64,000 nucleotides of DNA from Candidatus Thorarchaeota archaeon (GCA_046482545.1 JAWOEX010000024.1:32001-96000); one strand, 5' to 3'. Counted from the first letter of the stretch, positions 28,514 through 38,906 are shown. The notes: generated by a model not told the origin, from the sequence alone. Program-made: numbers and translations.

Positions 28514-29734
28514 TTACTGGTGCTCATCGTACCATTTGTTTGCCCTCACCCTGAGCTGCTCCTTTGATACAATTTCGATTGAATCGTCTTCTGCATCAAC
28601 AAGGGCAATCCGGTCTGTGCAGCTGTAGCATGGGTCTATTGCGGCCAATATGATTGGTGCGTCTGCAATCTGGTAGCCTTTCAAGGTATGCTCCATCGAT
28701 ACCCAGTTGGCATGTGTTGGGGCGCGTATCTTAACTCTTTCTGGCTTACTTGTGCCATTAGTGATCAGGTAGTGTATGAGTTCCCCACGTGGAGCCTCGT
28801 GTCTAGCCAGTACCTCGTTTGGTTGAATCCTTGCACCCATTTTCTTGCTTATAGGTCCATCAGGCAGGTTCTCAATAAGCCATCGTGACATCTGAATTGC
28901 CTGAACAATTTCCTTCAATCGTACAATTGTCCTTCCCGCGACGTCACAACGTTTTGACAGAATCACGTTAAAATAGTCGATATCATTGAGATGGGGATAA
29001 GCTTGTGTAGGATCGGTGAAGCGTACGTCTGTGGGGACGTTACTTCCTCTAGCTGTAGGGCCTACAGCTCCATGGCTTCTTGCCACGGCAGTCTCAAGGA
29101 TACCGACGTCCTCAACACGATTCAGTAGGCTTCTGTCGTTCATTGCTGTGTTAAGGTAATAGTCCATCCGCTCCTCAAGCTTATCTAGACGCTTGATGAG
29201 ACTCTGTGCCAGCTCGTCTGAAATATCTCTTCTGACTCCACCAATGGTATTCATATCATGATGTATACGTGCTCCGGATAAATCCTCCAGCATATCAAGA
29301 GCTAGTTCACGATCTCGCCAAGCGTACATGAACAACGTTTCGAATCCAATTTCGTGACATGCAACGCCGAACCAGAGCATATGTGAGTGAATCCGGTCCA
29401 TTTCCCATGTCAATGTTCGGATGAACTTGGCGCGTTCAGGAGGCTCCTCCTCAGCAGCGAACTCAACTGCTTGGGCGTAGTTGCCATTATGTGTTGCAGA
29501 ACAGATACCACAGATTCTCGCCAGCAAGTACAGATTCTGAGTGTGAAGATTCCCTTCCGTTGCTTTCTCGATACCTCTGTGGTTATAGGAGATATTGACT
29601 TCTGCATCCACAATACGTTCACCCTCCAACGTGAGCTTGAACATGCCCGGCTCTTTCAGAGCCGGATGTTGTGGTCCGATTGGGATGGTAACCCGTGGCG
29701 GTACGATGGTCTTTCGTTGTTCACTTCTGGTCAT
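28514..29734 (-). CDS. Group 4 [NiFe]-hydrogenase large (catalytic) subunit
   Basis: L1 'RICGICSATH' and L2 'DPCYSCTDR' supply all four Ni-ligating Cys; 'GPQHP', 'EAPRGEL'; C-terminal extension after L2. Confidence 0.95.
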   Translation of the reverse strand: MTRSEQRKTIVPPRVTIPIGPQHPALKEPGMFKLTLEGERIVDAEVNISYNHRGIEKATEGNLHTQNLYLLARICGICSATHNGNYAQAVEFAAEEEPPERAKFIRTLTWEMDRIHSHMLWFGVACHEIGFETLFMYAWRDRELALDMLEDLSGARIHHDMNTIGGVRRDISDELAQSLIKRLDKLEERMDYYLNTAMNDRSLLNRVEDVGILETAVARSHGAVGPTARGSNVPTDVRFTDPTQAYPHLNDIDYFNVILSKRCDVAGRTIVRLKEIVQAIQMSRWLIENLPDGPISKKMGARIQPNEVLARHEAPRGELIHYLITNGTSKPERVKIRAPTHANWVSMEHTLKGYQIADAPIILAAIDPCYSCTDRIALVDAEDDSIEIVSKEQLRVRANKWYDEHQ

Positions 29735-29735
29735 C

Positions 29736-30299
29736 TTATTGCTTCTCCCTTTTTCCTACCGGTGGTCTCTTTGCCCTCTCCATAACTCCTCTCGGATCAT
29801 CCCAGTCTTTCCTGAGAGGATGCTCATCCTCGGGCCAATCTTCGGGAAGCTCAACCCTGTGCTTCTTTTTAAGGCCCACAGGAATTATCCCATACATCTC
29901 ATGAAGCTCATTTTCAACATACTCGAAACCAGGAAAGAGGTCAGTAATTGATGGATATTCGGGATTGCTTCGCGGCACATTTACCCGAACTGTTAGGGCA
30001 ATCCTCTTGTTCCTCAGAAAGAAATGATAACAAGCTTGGAGGTCATCCCCCAAATCCCTACCCGAAACCGTTGAACATTGCCAAACATTGAGTTCTTCCT
30101 TCAGGTATTTTGCAAAATCTCGGAATTTATCCTTTCTTACCTGAAGAAAAATCCTGCCTGGTTGCTTGTGAACATATGAACCCTCTTCAATCGTAGCTTC
30201 TGGATTATCATTTACCAAGGTCTCAAAAAACTCGTATTCTCTTTCGTGACTTTCCCTATCAGCGGGGTGGTGTTCATCTTGTTCTTCCTTTTGACTCAT
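29736..30299 (-). CDS. NuoC/MbhK-like subunit
   Basis: 'PSITDLFPG..YVENELHEMYGI', 'LPEDWP..HPLRKD'. Confidence 0.92.
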   Translation of the reverse strand: MSQKEEQDEHHPADRESHEREYEFFETLVNDNPEATIEEGSYVHKQPGRIFLQVRKDKFRDFAKYLKEELNVWQCSTVSGRDLGDDLQACYHFFLRNKRIALTVRVNVPRSNPEYPSITDLFPGFEYVENELHEMYGIIPVGLKKKHRVELPEDWPEDEHPLRKDWDDPRGVMERAKRPPVGKREKQ

Positions 30300-30530
30300 A
30301 GCTTAGCAGCCTCTTTGAGCTAGCTAGATTGTGCCGTCAACTTTCAGCACTGGAGAGTCGTTGTGGGCTGCACCCGTTGCTTCCTCTCTCTCATATAATT
30401 AATTTGGTTCATTACTAATCAACTCATGGATATGCCTCTGTAGAAATTTCCATAGGACGATCAAAATGCTCAAAGCACCAACCATTGGGATGTATCTGCT
30501 CCACAATAACAGCAGATTGCACCTATCTAC

Positions 30531-31304
30531 TCACTTGAGCGATAACAAAGCTGCGCCCAGAGCTCCTGTAAATTGAGCTCTCTGTGGTACCAGTACCTTT
30601 TCCTCAAGTGACTGCTCCAGATACTGAACGAATGCTGGATTAAGGGCAACTCCACCTGTTGCCACGACTGGAGAGACAATACCAACTCGCTTTGACATGT
30701 TTGCAATCTTGCTTGCCATGGATAAGTTAACTCCCGCTGCTATATCCTCCGGAGTTTCACCTGAACTTATCTGACTGATGACCTCACTCTCAGCAAAAAC
30801 GGTACAGGTGCTGCTGATTGAACACGGATTTTTGGACCGAAGAGCTAGTGGTCCCAGATCCTCGATTCGTACATCCAACACACTTGCCATAACTTCAAGA
30901 AAGCGACCCGTTCCAGCTGAACATTTGTCATTGAGTTCAAAATCGATGGGCCTCCCATCTGCTCCAACTCGTATTGCCTTTGAATCTTGTCCACCAACAT
31001 CTATAACGAGCTGTACTTGTGGGAACAGATGATGTACTCCGAGACTGTGGCATGTGATTTCAGTCACATTCCTGTCTGCAAGTGAAATGAGCCTGCGTCC
31101 ATAGCCGGTACTGACAATTGATTCATCTACGGTTCTGCCATATTGATTCTCTATTTCATCCAAAACAGTTTGAACTGCTTTGTTTGCAGATGCACCAGTG
31201 GGGTGAATAGATGAAGCTAGAATCTCGCCGTCACTGTTAATGATGACCCCTTTCGTGGTAGTGGAACCAACATCAATACCGATGCCTATTTGCTCATGGC
31301 TCAC
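30531..31304 (-). CDS. 2-hydroxyacyl-CoA dehydratase activator (HgdC/HadI-type ASKHA ATPase)
   Basis: 'GIDVGSTTTK', 'TGYGR', 'DVGGQDSK', 'NDKCSAGTGRFLE', 'STCTVFAESE'. Confidence 0.95.
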   Translation of the reverse strand: MSHEQIGIGIDVGSTTTKGVIINSDGEILASSIHPTGASANKAVQTVLDEIENQYGRTVDESIVSTGYGRRLISLADRNVTEITCHSLGVHHLFPQVQLVIDVGGQDSKAIRVGADGRPIDFELNDKCSAGTGRFLEVMASVLDVRIEDLGPLALRSKNPCSISSTCTVFAESEVISQISSGETPEDIAAGVNLSMASKIANMSKRVGIVSPVVATGGVALNPAFVQYLEQSLEEKVLVPQRAQFTGALGAALLSLK

Positions 31305-31314
31305 GCGTTTTCAC

Positions 31315-32532
31315 CTACTCAACCATCTCAATCAGGGCATCGATTCTTGTCTGTATCTGGGCGTCATTGAAGAGCCGACTGTCAACCATGTCTCCTTCTA
31401 TGACCACACCCGGAACTCCTGTTCTTTCCGTCACCAAGTCCTTTGACACAAGCTGACCGAGGGAATACCTCTTACATGATCTAACTGAAAACATGACAAA
31501 ACCGTCCAAGTCATACTCCTCGATTAAACCACACATTTTGCTTACTTTCGCTCGTAACCCTTTGTTGAGATAAACGTTGGAATAGATGTCTACCAATCGG
31601 TCTAGAATCTCATCACCTTCCAATGAACCCGTCCATGCATGTGTGTATGTATCAGCAGGAAAAACTACCCCTCTCTTCGCTAGGCCATTGAAGAATTTGT
31701 AAATGCTGAACCAAGGTGGAATATTATCCCAGAGCAAGCGAATACTTTCGTCTCGAATGGCTCCAATGCCTTCTGCTACCCGATTTTTGACCTCATCAAG
31801 AAGTTCCTCATAATACTCTAAGATATGCTTCTTCCCCCGCATGGAAACTACTGGAGCCATTGCGAGAAACCTGTCGGCACAATTGAGTGGTGATGGCTTA
31901 TTCTTGCATGCTTCAAGGGACTTGGTCCAAAGATCGATTGCTCTCGTGGAATTTGATGCTACATCTTGAAGTTTCTCTTCTTCGAGACTGGTATCGAACT
32001 CCTCACCCAAGAAATCTATCAGCTCTTCAAGACCCGCTCTCACGTAACTCTTATGATGGGATGGTTGCCTCCGTTCAACTGGTGGTGTATCGAGAAGAAA
32101 TACCGGAGCACCTGTAAGCTCAGAAACAGCTTCATACCAGCGAAGAACCGTCCCGCAAATATTGTTACAGGCCAGCAGTACCTGAGGCTCAGGAAGACCT
32201 CCTAAGGGGCTATCATCTGGTCTATTTGTAGATCCGATACCAGCTCGAGCATATGAGCACAGTTCCTGTGAGTATCCGAGCTCCTCAGCAAATCCGCAAA
32301 CTTCAGGTCCTGCCTTTTCGGAGCCCACAACAGCAGTATACTGCTCTGGATAGCTGACTCCTAGGTCCATCGCCAAGGGAATTTCCACGGGAAAGCCGGA
32401 AGTCACCCATGCAAGCTTTCCCTCCTCGCTCGCAGCCTGAGCCTCAAGCATGTATCTGAACATCGTTTGCTGCAAAAGGCTACTCGACTCAAGCTTCCTG
32501 TATGCTTGTTCTTTCCCATTACTCCTTGCCAT
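31315..32532 (-). CDS. 2-hydroxyacyl-CoA dehydratase alpha subunit (HadB/FldB/HgdA-like)
   Basis: 'FPVEI..AMD...YPE', 'GYSQELCSYAR', 'CNNICGTV..WYE', 'RSCK', 'IEGDMVDSR'. Confidence 0.9.
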   Translation of the reverse strand: MARSNGKEQAYRKLESSSLLQQTMFRYMLEAQAASEEGKLAWVTSGFPVEIPLAMDLGVSYPEQYTAVVGSEKAGPEVCGFAEELGYSQELCSYARAGIGSTNRPDDSPLGGLPEPQVLLACNNICGTVLRWYEAVSELTGAPVFLLDTPPVERRQPSHHKSYVRAGLEELIDFLGEEFDTSLEEEKLQDVASNSTRAIDLWTKSLEACKNKPSPLNCADRFLAMAPVVSMRGKKHILEYYEELLDEVKNRVAEGIGAIRDESIRLLWDNIPPWFSIYKFFNGLAKRGVVFPADTYTHAWTGSLEGDEILDRLVDIYSNVYLNKGLRAKVSKMCGLIEEYDLDGFVMFSVRSCKRYSLGQLVSKDLVTERTGVPGVVIEGDMVDSRLFNDAQIQTRIDALIEMVE

Positions 32533-32534
32533 CT

Positions 32535-33752
32535 TTAGACCTCCACCTCAGGAGACAGTGTTTCTAAGAAACTCTGCACTCTTCCTTCTAACCGAGCCCT
32601 ATCGGAGAACTCCGCATCCACTGGTAGCCTTAAGGTAGGGACTCCAGTTTCTTTTGCAGCTTTCATCAGTGAAGGTGTTTCAAACTCATCCGGATCACAG
32701 AACGACATCTCGGAAATGATTAGACCATCAATCGAGAAGTTTCGGAGTAGATTCTTGAGAAATGCTACTCGCGATGCGAGCCCTTTCTGTGTGGGTGCAG
32801 AAGGAGCTCCAAGAATGCCCCTTGCAAGATCCTTGAACATGTGTTCGCCAAGATTCACAGCTGGCCTGAAAACCATCCTGTAGCCAAGAGACAATAGATC
32901 AAGTACAATAGCCGCATCAGATTGATTTGCCACAGCATCAAACAGCTCACCAATGCGAACAAGGTCAGTCATTCCTCCTGCCACAACAATCCGCGCGGGG
33001 GGCGACTTTACTGGAAAGCCCATCTGATTCATAGGAGTATGGAGAAGAGCTTGCCTTATTTCAGAAGCAGTATTTGGTCTTTTTACCATGCTCTTGACCC
33101 TGCGATGGACGCTTTCTATCTCTTCTAGGCCCACAATAGATGGCGCCTCCAGGAACGAATATAGCAATTGAGCGAACTCTGTATATCGGAGAAGATCTGG
33201 TTGGAGCACTCTTGCTGCATAAATCTCTTGACACATGCTTCGAAACCAATCGAATACATTCAGCGCTTTTCTGAGTCTCATCATGTTAAGCGAATGGTAA
33301 ACTATACCTTGAACACTTGCGCTCAGTTTTCCGAGTTCTCCTGCCAGATATTCCACAGACTTTTCCCCAGCTTCAACAACAGGATATCCTACCCGTAAAA
33401 CATTGTCTCTTGGGAACTCCACTTCCCAGATATCGTGAAGATTTTGCATTGAATCACACATATTGCTTGGAAACAGCAGCCCCTCGAGATTTGAAAGGTT
33501 TCCTTTTGTTCTCTGACTCAGAAGGTTCCGGCTGAAGGAGCATGCAAATGTCTGTAAACTCGCTTCGAAACCAGTACTTGTTCCTCCGGTAGACCTAACA
33601 AGGGACGGTATTGCTTGATGGGCTACAATCATCTCAAGTGGGGCGCGATGATCGAAATAACCGACGGTAGGCATTTGAGATTCGTCAGACGTGGGAAGTA
33701 TCTCCTTGGCCTCAAGCAGAACTTGGTCTCCGCTCAATCTCTTAGTTTTCAT
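32535..33752 (-). CDS. 2-hydroxyacyl-CoA dehydratase beta subunit (HadC/FldC/HgdB-like)
   Basis: 'PLEMIVA', 'ACSF', 'NMCDS', 'FCDPDEFE', 'RVQSFLE'. Confidence 0.85.
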   Translation of the reverse strand: MKTKRLSGDQVLLEAKEILPTSDESQMPTVGYFDHRAPLEMIVAHQAIPSLVRSTGGTSTGFEASLQTFACSFSRNLLSQRTKGNLSNLEGLLFPSNMCDSMQNLHDIWEVEFPRDNVLRVGYPVVEAGEKSVEYLAGELGKLSASVQGIVYHSLNMMRLRKALNVFDWFRSMCQEIYAARVLQPDLLRYTEFAQLLYSFLEAPSIVGLEEIESVHRRVKSMVKRPNTASEIRQALLHTPMNQMGFPVKSPPARIVVAGGMTDLVRIGELFDAVANQSDAAIVLDLLSLGYRMVFRPAVNLGEHMFKDLARGILGAPSAPTQKGLASRVAFLKNLLRNFSIDGLIISEMSFCDPDEFETPSLMKAAKETGVPTLRLPVDAEFSDRARLEGRVQSFLETLSPEVEV

Positions 33753-33930
33753 TTAACGTCCCAACAATTCACTGTTACACTTGGCTGTCTTATAGGTTGC
33801 GGCCGGGCTAGATGTGCCGCTGCCAAGAGAAGAAGTTATCAGTCTTGGTTACAAAACATTGACGATATACCTTGGCCCACTTGGGGAAAAAAATGGACCA
33901 AGGAAAGAGAAAGTAGAGGAGAAACGCATT

Positions 33931-35679
33931 ATGGATGAAATGTTATGGCACAAACACAAGTGGCCGGCGGATGCACCGAAGAGCATAGAGTATCCGGAGG
34001 AGTCTCTTTTTGCGATGCTAGACCGATCCGCTGAGAAGTGCGGTGATCAACCCTTTACCCTATGGGAAGGTAAATCACGGACTTTTGCTGAGGTAAGAGA
34101 CGACGCGAACAGGATTGCTAACTTTCTGGCAAGCAAGGGAATTGGTGAAGGTGATACGGTAGCAGTTTTCCTACCTAATACACCCCACTTCCCAGTAATC
34201 TTCTTTGGTATTCTGAAAACGGGAGCAAGGATTTGCACCTGCAACCCGATGTACAAGACTGCCGAGCTCAATCACCAACTCAATGACAGCGGCGCAGTTG
34301 CCGTTTTTGTCCTTGACCACCCGACATTTACACCAACCTGCTATGAAGCGGTCAAGAATAGTGATGTAAAAACAGTCGTGGTATGTAGTGTCAAGAGCTT
34401 CCTACCGAAAATAAAGGCAATTCTTGGAGGTCTGCTTGGCAAGATTCCGAAGAGCCCGTCTTACGAGGAAGACAAGACAGTCTTCTATGATGAAATAATG
34501 GACAACTACGAACCCGTTGCTCCTGATGTAGATGTGGACCCGCATGAGATTGCACTCATACTCTACACAGGTGGAACAACTGGGACACCAAAAGGAGCAG
34601 CACTTACGCACCGCAATATGGTGGCTAATGTTAAGCAGGTTTACCAATACGTTAATCTAGATCCTGAGGACATGGATGCTCCGAGAAAGATTGTGTACGG
34701 GGAGGAGGTCTTTGTTGGCGCACTACCATGGTATCATAGTTACGGTCTAACACTCACTATGTTGATGGCAACGGAATATGCTGGGCAGCTTATTTGCATA
34801 CCTGATCCGCGGGATGGTGACCCGCCTCTCTCCGTTCTTCTAGAAGACATCGAGAAGTATGGTGGTACTATTCTGAATGCAGTCCCTGCCTTGTATGCAG
34901 GAATTGTTGAACATCCCAATGTAAGTGATTACGATTTGAGTTCGATTAAGATTTGCAGTTCTGGTGCTGCACCTCTTCCTCCTGAATTGGCGAAGAATTT
35001 CGAGAAAGTAACTGGAGCTGTCATTTTTGAGGGCTACGGTCTAAGCGAGACCTCTCCAGTCACCCATGTTAATCCCACCAACAGAAAGGATCGGAAGTTC
35101 GGATCCATAGGTCTACCCGTTCCAGACACTATCGCCAAGATAGTCGATATTGAAACAGGAACCCGTGAACTCCCTCAGGGAGAAACTGGGGAAATTGCTG
35201 TTTACGGACCACAAGTGATGGACGGATACTGGAACAAGCCTGAAGAGACAGAGAATGTCATGCGTGAATTCGACGGAAAGCGGTTCTTCCTAACAGGTGA
35301 CATTGGACACATGGATGAGGAAGGCTTCTTCGTCGTTTCAGATCGCAAGAAGGACATGGTAAATGTGGGCGGCCTCAAGGCATATCCGCGAGAAATCGAG
35401 GATTATCTCTATGAACATCCCAAAGTAGCCATGGCTGCAGCTATTGGTGTCCCGCGGGAGGAGGATCCAAGCAATGAATTTGTTAAGGCGTTCATTGTGC
35501 CGAAAGAGGGAGTTGATGCTACGCCTGAGGAATTCATCGAATGGGCTCGGGAGAAGATGGCAGGGTACAAGCGACCACGGGAAGTAGATCTCGTTGATGA
35601 ACTTCCTCTCAGCAGTGTGGGTAAGGTCTTGAGAAGAGTACTCAGAGAACAGGAGCTGAAGAAGAGAGGTATGGACTAG
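33931..35679 (+). CDS. AMP-forming acyl-CoA ligase (FadD-like)
   Basis: 'YTGGTTGTPKG', 'EGYGLSETSP', 'TGDIG', 'DRKKD', 'VGKVLRR'; ATG at 33931. Confidence 0.95.
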   Translation: MDEMLWHKHKWPADAPKSIEYPEESLFAMLDRSAEKCGDQPFTLWEGKSRTFAEVRDDANRIANFLASKGIGEGDTVAVFLPNTPHFPVIFFGILKTGARICTCNPMYKTAELNHQLNDSGAVAVFVLDHPTFTPTCYEAVKNSDVKTVVVCSVKSFLPKIKAILGGLLGKIPKSPSYEEDKTVFYDEIMDNYEPVAPDVDVDPHEIALILYTGGTTGTPKGAALTHRNMVANVKQVYQYVNLDPEDMDAPRKIVYGEEVFVGALPWYHSYGLTLTMLMATEYAGQLICIPDPRDGDPPLSVLLEDIEKYGGTILNAVPALYAGIVEHPNVSDYDLSSIKICSSGAAPLPPELAKNFEKVTGAVIFEGYGLSETSPVTHVNPTNRKDRKFGSIGLPVPDTIAKIVDIETGTRELPQGETGEIAVYGPQVMDGYWNKPEETENVMREFDGKRFFLTGDIGHMDEEGFFVVSDRKKDMVNVGGLKAYPREIEDYLYEHPKVAMAAAIGVPREEDPSNEFVKAFIVPKEGVDATPEEFIEWAREKMAGYKRPREVDLVDELPLSSVGKVLRRVLREQELKKRGMD

Positions 35680-35737
35680 TAGGAGGGCTTTTCGTCGTTC
35701 CTCTTACAGCAAGAAGGAACTGGATATGGCAGTACCT

Positions 35738-36250
35738 TCACAATTGGTCTCTGTAAGACCTTCCTAGCTCAACATAGACCTTTGCACCGGTCATGAACGA
35801 ATCCTTGAGTTCATCAGAGACCTTCTTCTTTACCTTCCCTGGAATTCCCAGCACCAGCGATTCTGGGGGGATTTCAGTATTCTCGGTAACTACAGACCCT
35901 GCACCAATCACACTATCATGTCCTACCTTTGCCCCAGTCAGCACTATTGCCCCAATTCCTACAACCACCCTATCTCCAATCTTGGCACCATGAATGACAC
36001 AGTTGTGACCCGCGGTGACGTAATCACCAATGTGAGTTGGGTGAGTGATTTCCGTATGAACAGTACAGTTATCCTGAATCGAAGTCCCCTTTCCTACAGT
36101 TATCCTATTCATATCCCCTCTGAGGACTGCCGATTCCCAGATACTCGAATCAGATCCGATTTCAACATCTCCGATGACTGAAGCCCGTGGTGAAACATAG
36201 GCTTCATCGCTAACAACTGGCATTTTACCTTTGAATTCGTAAAGTCCCAA
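35738..36250 (-). CDS. Gamma carbonic anhydrase family protein
   Basis: Hexapeptide repeats, 'LRGD', 'IQDNCTVH', 'GHNCVIHG'. Confidence 0.93.
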   Translation of the reverse strand: MGLYEFKGKMPVVSDEAYVSPRASVIGDVEIGSDSSIWESAVLRGDMNRITVGKGTSIQDNCTVHTEITHPTHIGDYVTAGHNCVIHGAKIGDRVVVGIGAIVLTGAKVGHDSVIGAGSVVTENTEIPPESLVLGIPGKVKKKVSDELKDSFMTGAKVYVELGRSYRDQL

Positions 36251-36377
36251 ACTCTACACCTTTGCCTAGAGGGAAATAAGCCACTTCATAAGGATATTGT
36301 ACGATTATATGTTTACAAGAATTTCAATAATTCAAACAGCTAGATTCTATAATCTAGACGGAAGGACAAATGTCACT

Positions 36378-36947
36378 ATGCCTTTCACCTTATTTCACTA
36401 CTCGGTTGCCTATGCTATGCATAGGGCGGACAAGAGACTTCCTCTTCCAGCCCTAGCGGTGGGATCCGTCATTCCCGACATTGAAGTTCTCATACTGACT
36501 TTCTTCTTTTCAGGCATTTTGCCGGACCATCTAGTACTTCATAGTCTAATAGGAGGTTTGACTTTGGGCACACTTGGTGCGGTTCTGACAACGCTATTCA
36601 TTTATCCTCAAATAATGTCAGTTCTGTTCGGTATTGAGAAAGAACGACTAGTAGAAGCGTGCAGAATCTCACCTCTAATGGTACTATCATGTGTTATAGG
36701 TATCCTTGGGCATATCCTACTCGACTACCCTATGCATTGGTACAATGCCATATTCTGGCCATGGGTGGAACCCACAGCTGTGGTCGGGCCGCTTGTACTC
36801 TATTTCTCTTCTATTGGTGAGATCTCTGGCATTGCTTTCACTCTTGCAAACGGAACAGCAAATCTCTTGATGCTACTCATATTCGTGTACATTCTGGCAC
36901 AAGAAAGGGAGGAGAGATGGCTACATGTATGGCTTGGCAAAGACTGA
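36378..36947 (+). CDS. DUF4184-like membrane metal-dependent hydrolase
   Basis: 'MPFTLFH', 'GSVIPDIE', 'HSLIG', 'HILLDYPMH'. Confidence 0.75.
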   Translation: MPFTLFHYSVAYAMHRADKRLPLPALAVGSVIPDIEVLILTFFFSGILPDHLVLHSLIGGLTLGTLGAVLTTLFIYPQIMSVLFGIEKERLVEACRISPLMVLSCVIGILGHILLDYPMHWYNAIFWPWVEPTAVVGPLVLYFSSIGEISGIAFTLANGTANLLMLLIFVYILAQEREERWLHVWLGKD

Positions 36948-36960
36948 TTGACTTCACTAT

Positions 36961-37920
36961 TTACGAGGAAGGCAATGTTGAGGCAGGGACAAACCATTCC
37001 TCCAGCGAGATTTGCGACTTGGTGTCAAGTACGTTCTCATTCTGATAGAGCGTCCTGAGAAATCTGTTATACTCATCAACGCTGGCAGCCCTCACAGTAG
37101 CAAACAGACAGTATTCTTCCCCGGTACGATGCAGGTCCCAAACTTCGTCCATCGAACTTACATACTCTGCTGTCTCGCCTATTGTTCCCGGTGAAGGCTT
37201 AATTTGAAGGAAGAATTTGACAGGCAATCCTACATAACTGAAATCAAGATCTATGGACTGTCCTATAATGACATTTTTGTCGATTAGGTCTGAAATTGTT
37301 TTCGAAACTGATGGTTGACTGATTTCTGGACTCATCTTCTGACCGATTTCACGCTGTGATAAGCTCGATGGGTGTCTTTCGGTAGGCTGTTGTCGATGGA
37401 TGACATTGAGAAGATTCCATTCCTTAGCGGTCAACGGCGTAATTGGGGTATCATCCACATCAAGTTTGAAACCATGGGTCTTGTAAGTGGTTAGTACCTG
37501 AACAAGATTATACGTCTTCGCTTCTGACCTTGCGACAATCTCATCTATTCGGTCAAGAAAATCAGAGAACGCACCAGCTTGCCGAAAACGAAAGAGCCCG
37601 AGAAGTGAATGTTCTCCCGATATTCCATCAAGCGACTCTAGTTCTGACATCTGAAGCAGCAGTCGACTTATGACCTCTTCACGAGGATTTGATTTCAGAA
37701 GCAGAATCGTACTGCTTTCAGCATATACTTTCGCAGGATTGAATACTGTGATGTAGGCCCTCAGTATTCTTTCATTTACCAGTTTCTTGATTTTTCGAGC
37801 TACCCAGTTACGCCCCTTTTCGAGTTCCTCACCTAATTCTGATGTTGTACTTCGCGAATCGTGCAATAGCAATGCAAGTAGCTGTTGTTCTTTTGGCTTA
37901 AGTGGCCTGATAGATTGCAT
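36961..37920 (-). CDS. Tandem-duplicated Lrp/AsnC family regulator
   Basis: Two HTH plus RAM units ('DSRSTTSELGEEL'...'ISGEHSL'; 'SQPSVSKTI'...'TGEEYCL'). Confidence 0.85.
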   Translation of the reverse strand: MQSIRPLKPKEQQLLALLLHDSRSTTSELGEELEKGRNWVARKIKKLVNERILRAYITVFNPAKVYAESSTILLLKSNPREEVISRLLLQMSELESLDGISGEHSLLGLFRFRQAGAFSDFLDRIDEIVARSEAKTYNLVQVLTTYKTHGFKLDVDDTPITPLTAKEWNLLNVIHRQQPTERHPSSLSQREIGQKMSPEISQPSVSKTISDLIDKNVIIGQSIDLDFSYVGLPVKFFLQIKPSPGTIGETAEYVSSMDEVWDLHRTGEEYCLFATVRAASVDEYNRFLRTLYQNENVLDTKSQISLEEWFVPASTLPSS

Positions 37921-38433
37921 CGATATATTCCTCTAAACGTACAATCTATTATTCGAAATGATTAGTGTCTCATAAAAGTTAGGGTGCATAATGTGAAGCA
38001 ATCTAATATGCAATAGAATCAGTATTCGCTTGCAGGGGAGAACCGTTCAAGCAATTCACGGATCTCCCCGAATAAAGCTTTCAGCCTCTTCTTCTACTTA
38101 GTTTTCCTTAAGGTTAAATCTTGTCGTCCTACTCGAGCTTTTCTACCAATTCTTTGATTGTAGCCACACCATCTCTAATCTGACACAGTAGCATCAGCAT
38201 TTCTTATTGGACGGTTCATTCGAACTCTCTTGCTGGGCAATGCGATATTTGAGACACTATTCAATGCATTGCGACTTCACTTGTTTTTCTTATCGGACTA
38301 GTCATGACAAGGGCTGGTGTGACGAGCCTGTCGCGTCCAGACTAATCATGAACCTCATTCTGTTTTTTAAGATACAGCCATATTTACAAAGAAATGGGAA
38401 AGATTCGTAGGGCAGCTAGAGAGAAGCAAGCGT

Positions 38434-38895
38434 ATGAAAGTTGATGCATCTAATCGAAGGGGTTTCAGACTGCAGTTCTATACCAGAAGTACAAAATTGG
38501 TTGCACGGAGAGCAATGCTTCTGGGGGACGCAGCAGGGTTAGCATCGCCCATATCAGGTGAAGGCATCTATTATGCAATCCGGTCAGGAGCAATAGCTGC
38601 CCAAGTCGCAAAAGAGACCGTTGAGATGAAACGAATTTCACATGTCAATTCATATGAACACAGAATCAGAGAAGAGATTGGAAGAGAACGTGAAATTCAG
38701 AAATTCATAGCAAAGACCCTCTTCGAGTCCAACGACACTGTAGAACGGATATTGAGACTGCTCTCCAAGGATGAAGTTCTACAGCGCTACGCAAAACAGA
38801 TTATTTTAGGTAATCAGAACAAGAACATAAAACAAAAAATCATACGGAGAATACTAACTAAACATCCCTTGAAAGGACTTCGTTTCGCTATCTGA
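38434..38895 (+). pseudogene. C-terminal fragment of geranylgeranyl reductase-family flavoprotein
   Basis: 'LLGDAAGLASPISGEGIYYAIRSG' is present but the N-terminal GxGxxG FAD domain is missing; 153 aa against roughly 390 for the family. Confidence 0.7.
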
Positions 38896-38906
38896 GGTGA
38901 TGCATA

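Noticed and set aside
28514-29734. Annotation as NADH dehydrogenase NuoD
   Set aside because: Both Ni-binding CxxC motifs are intact and no NuoEFG is present.
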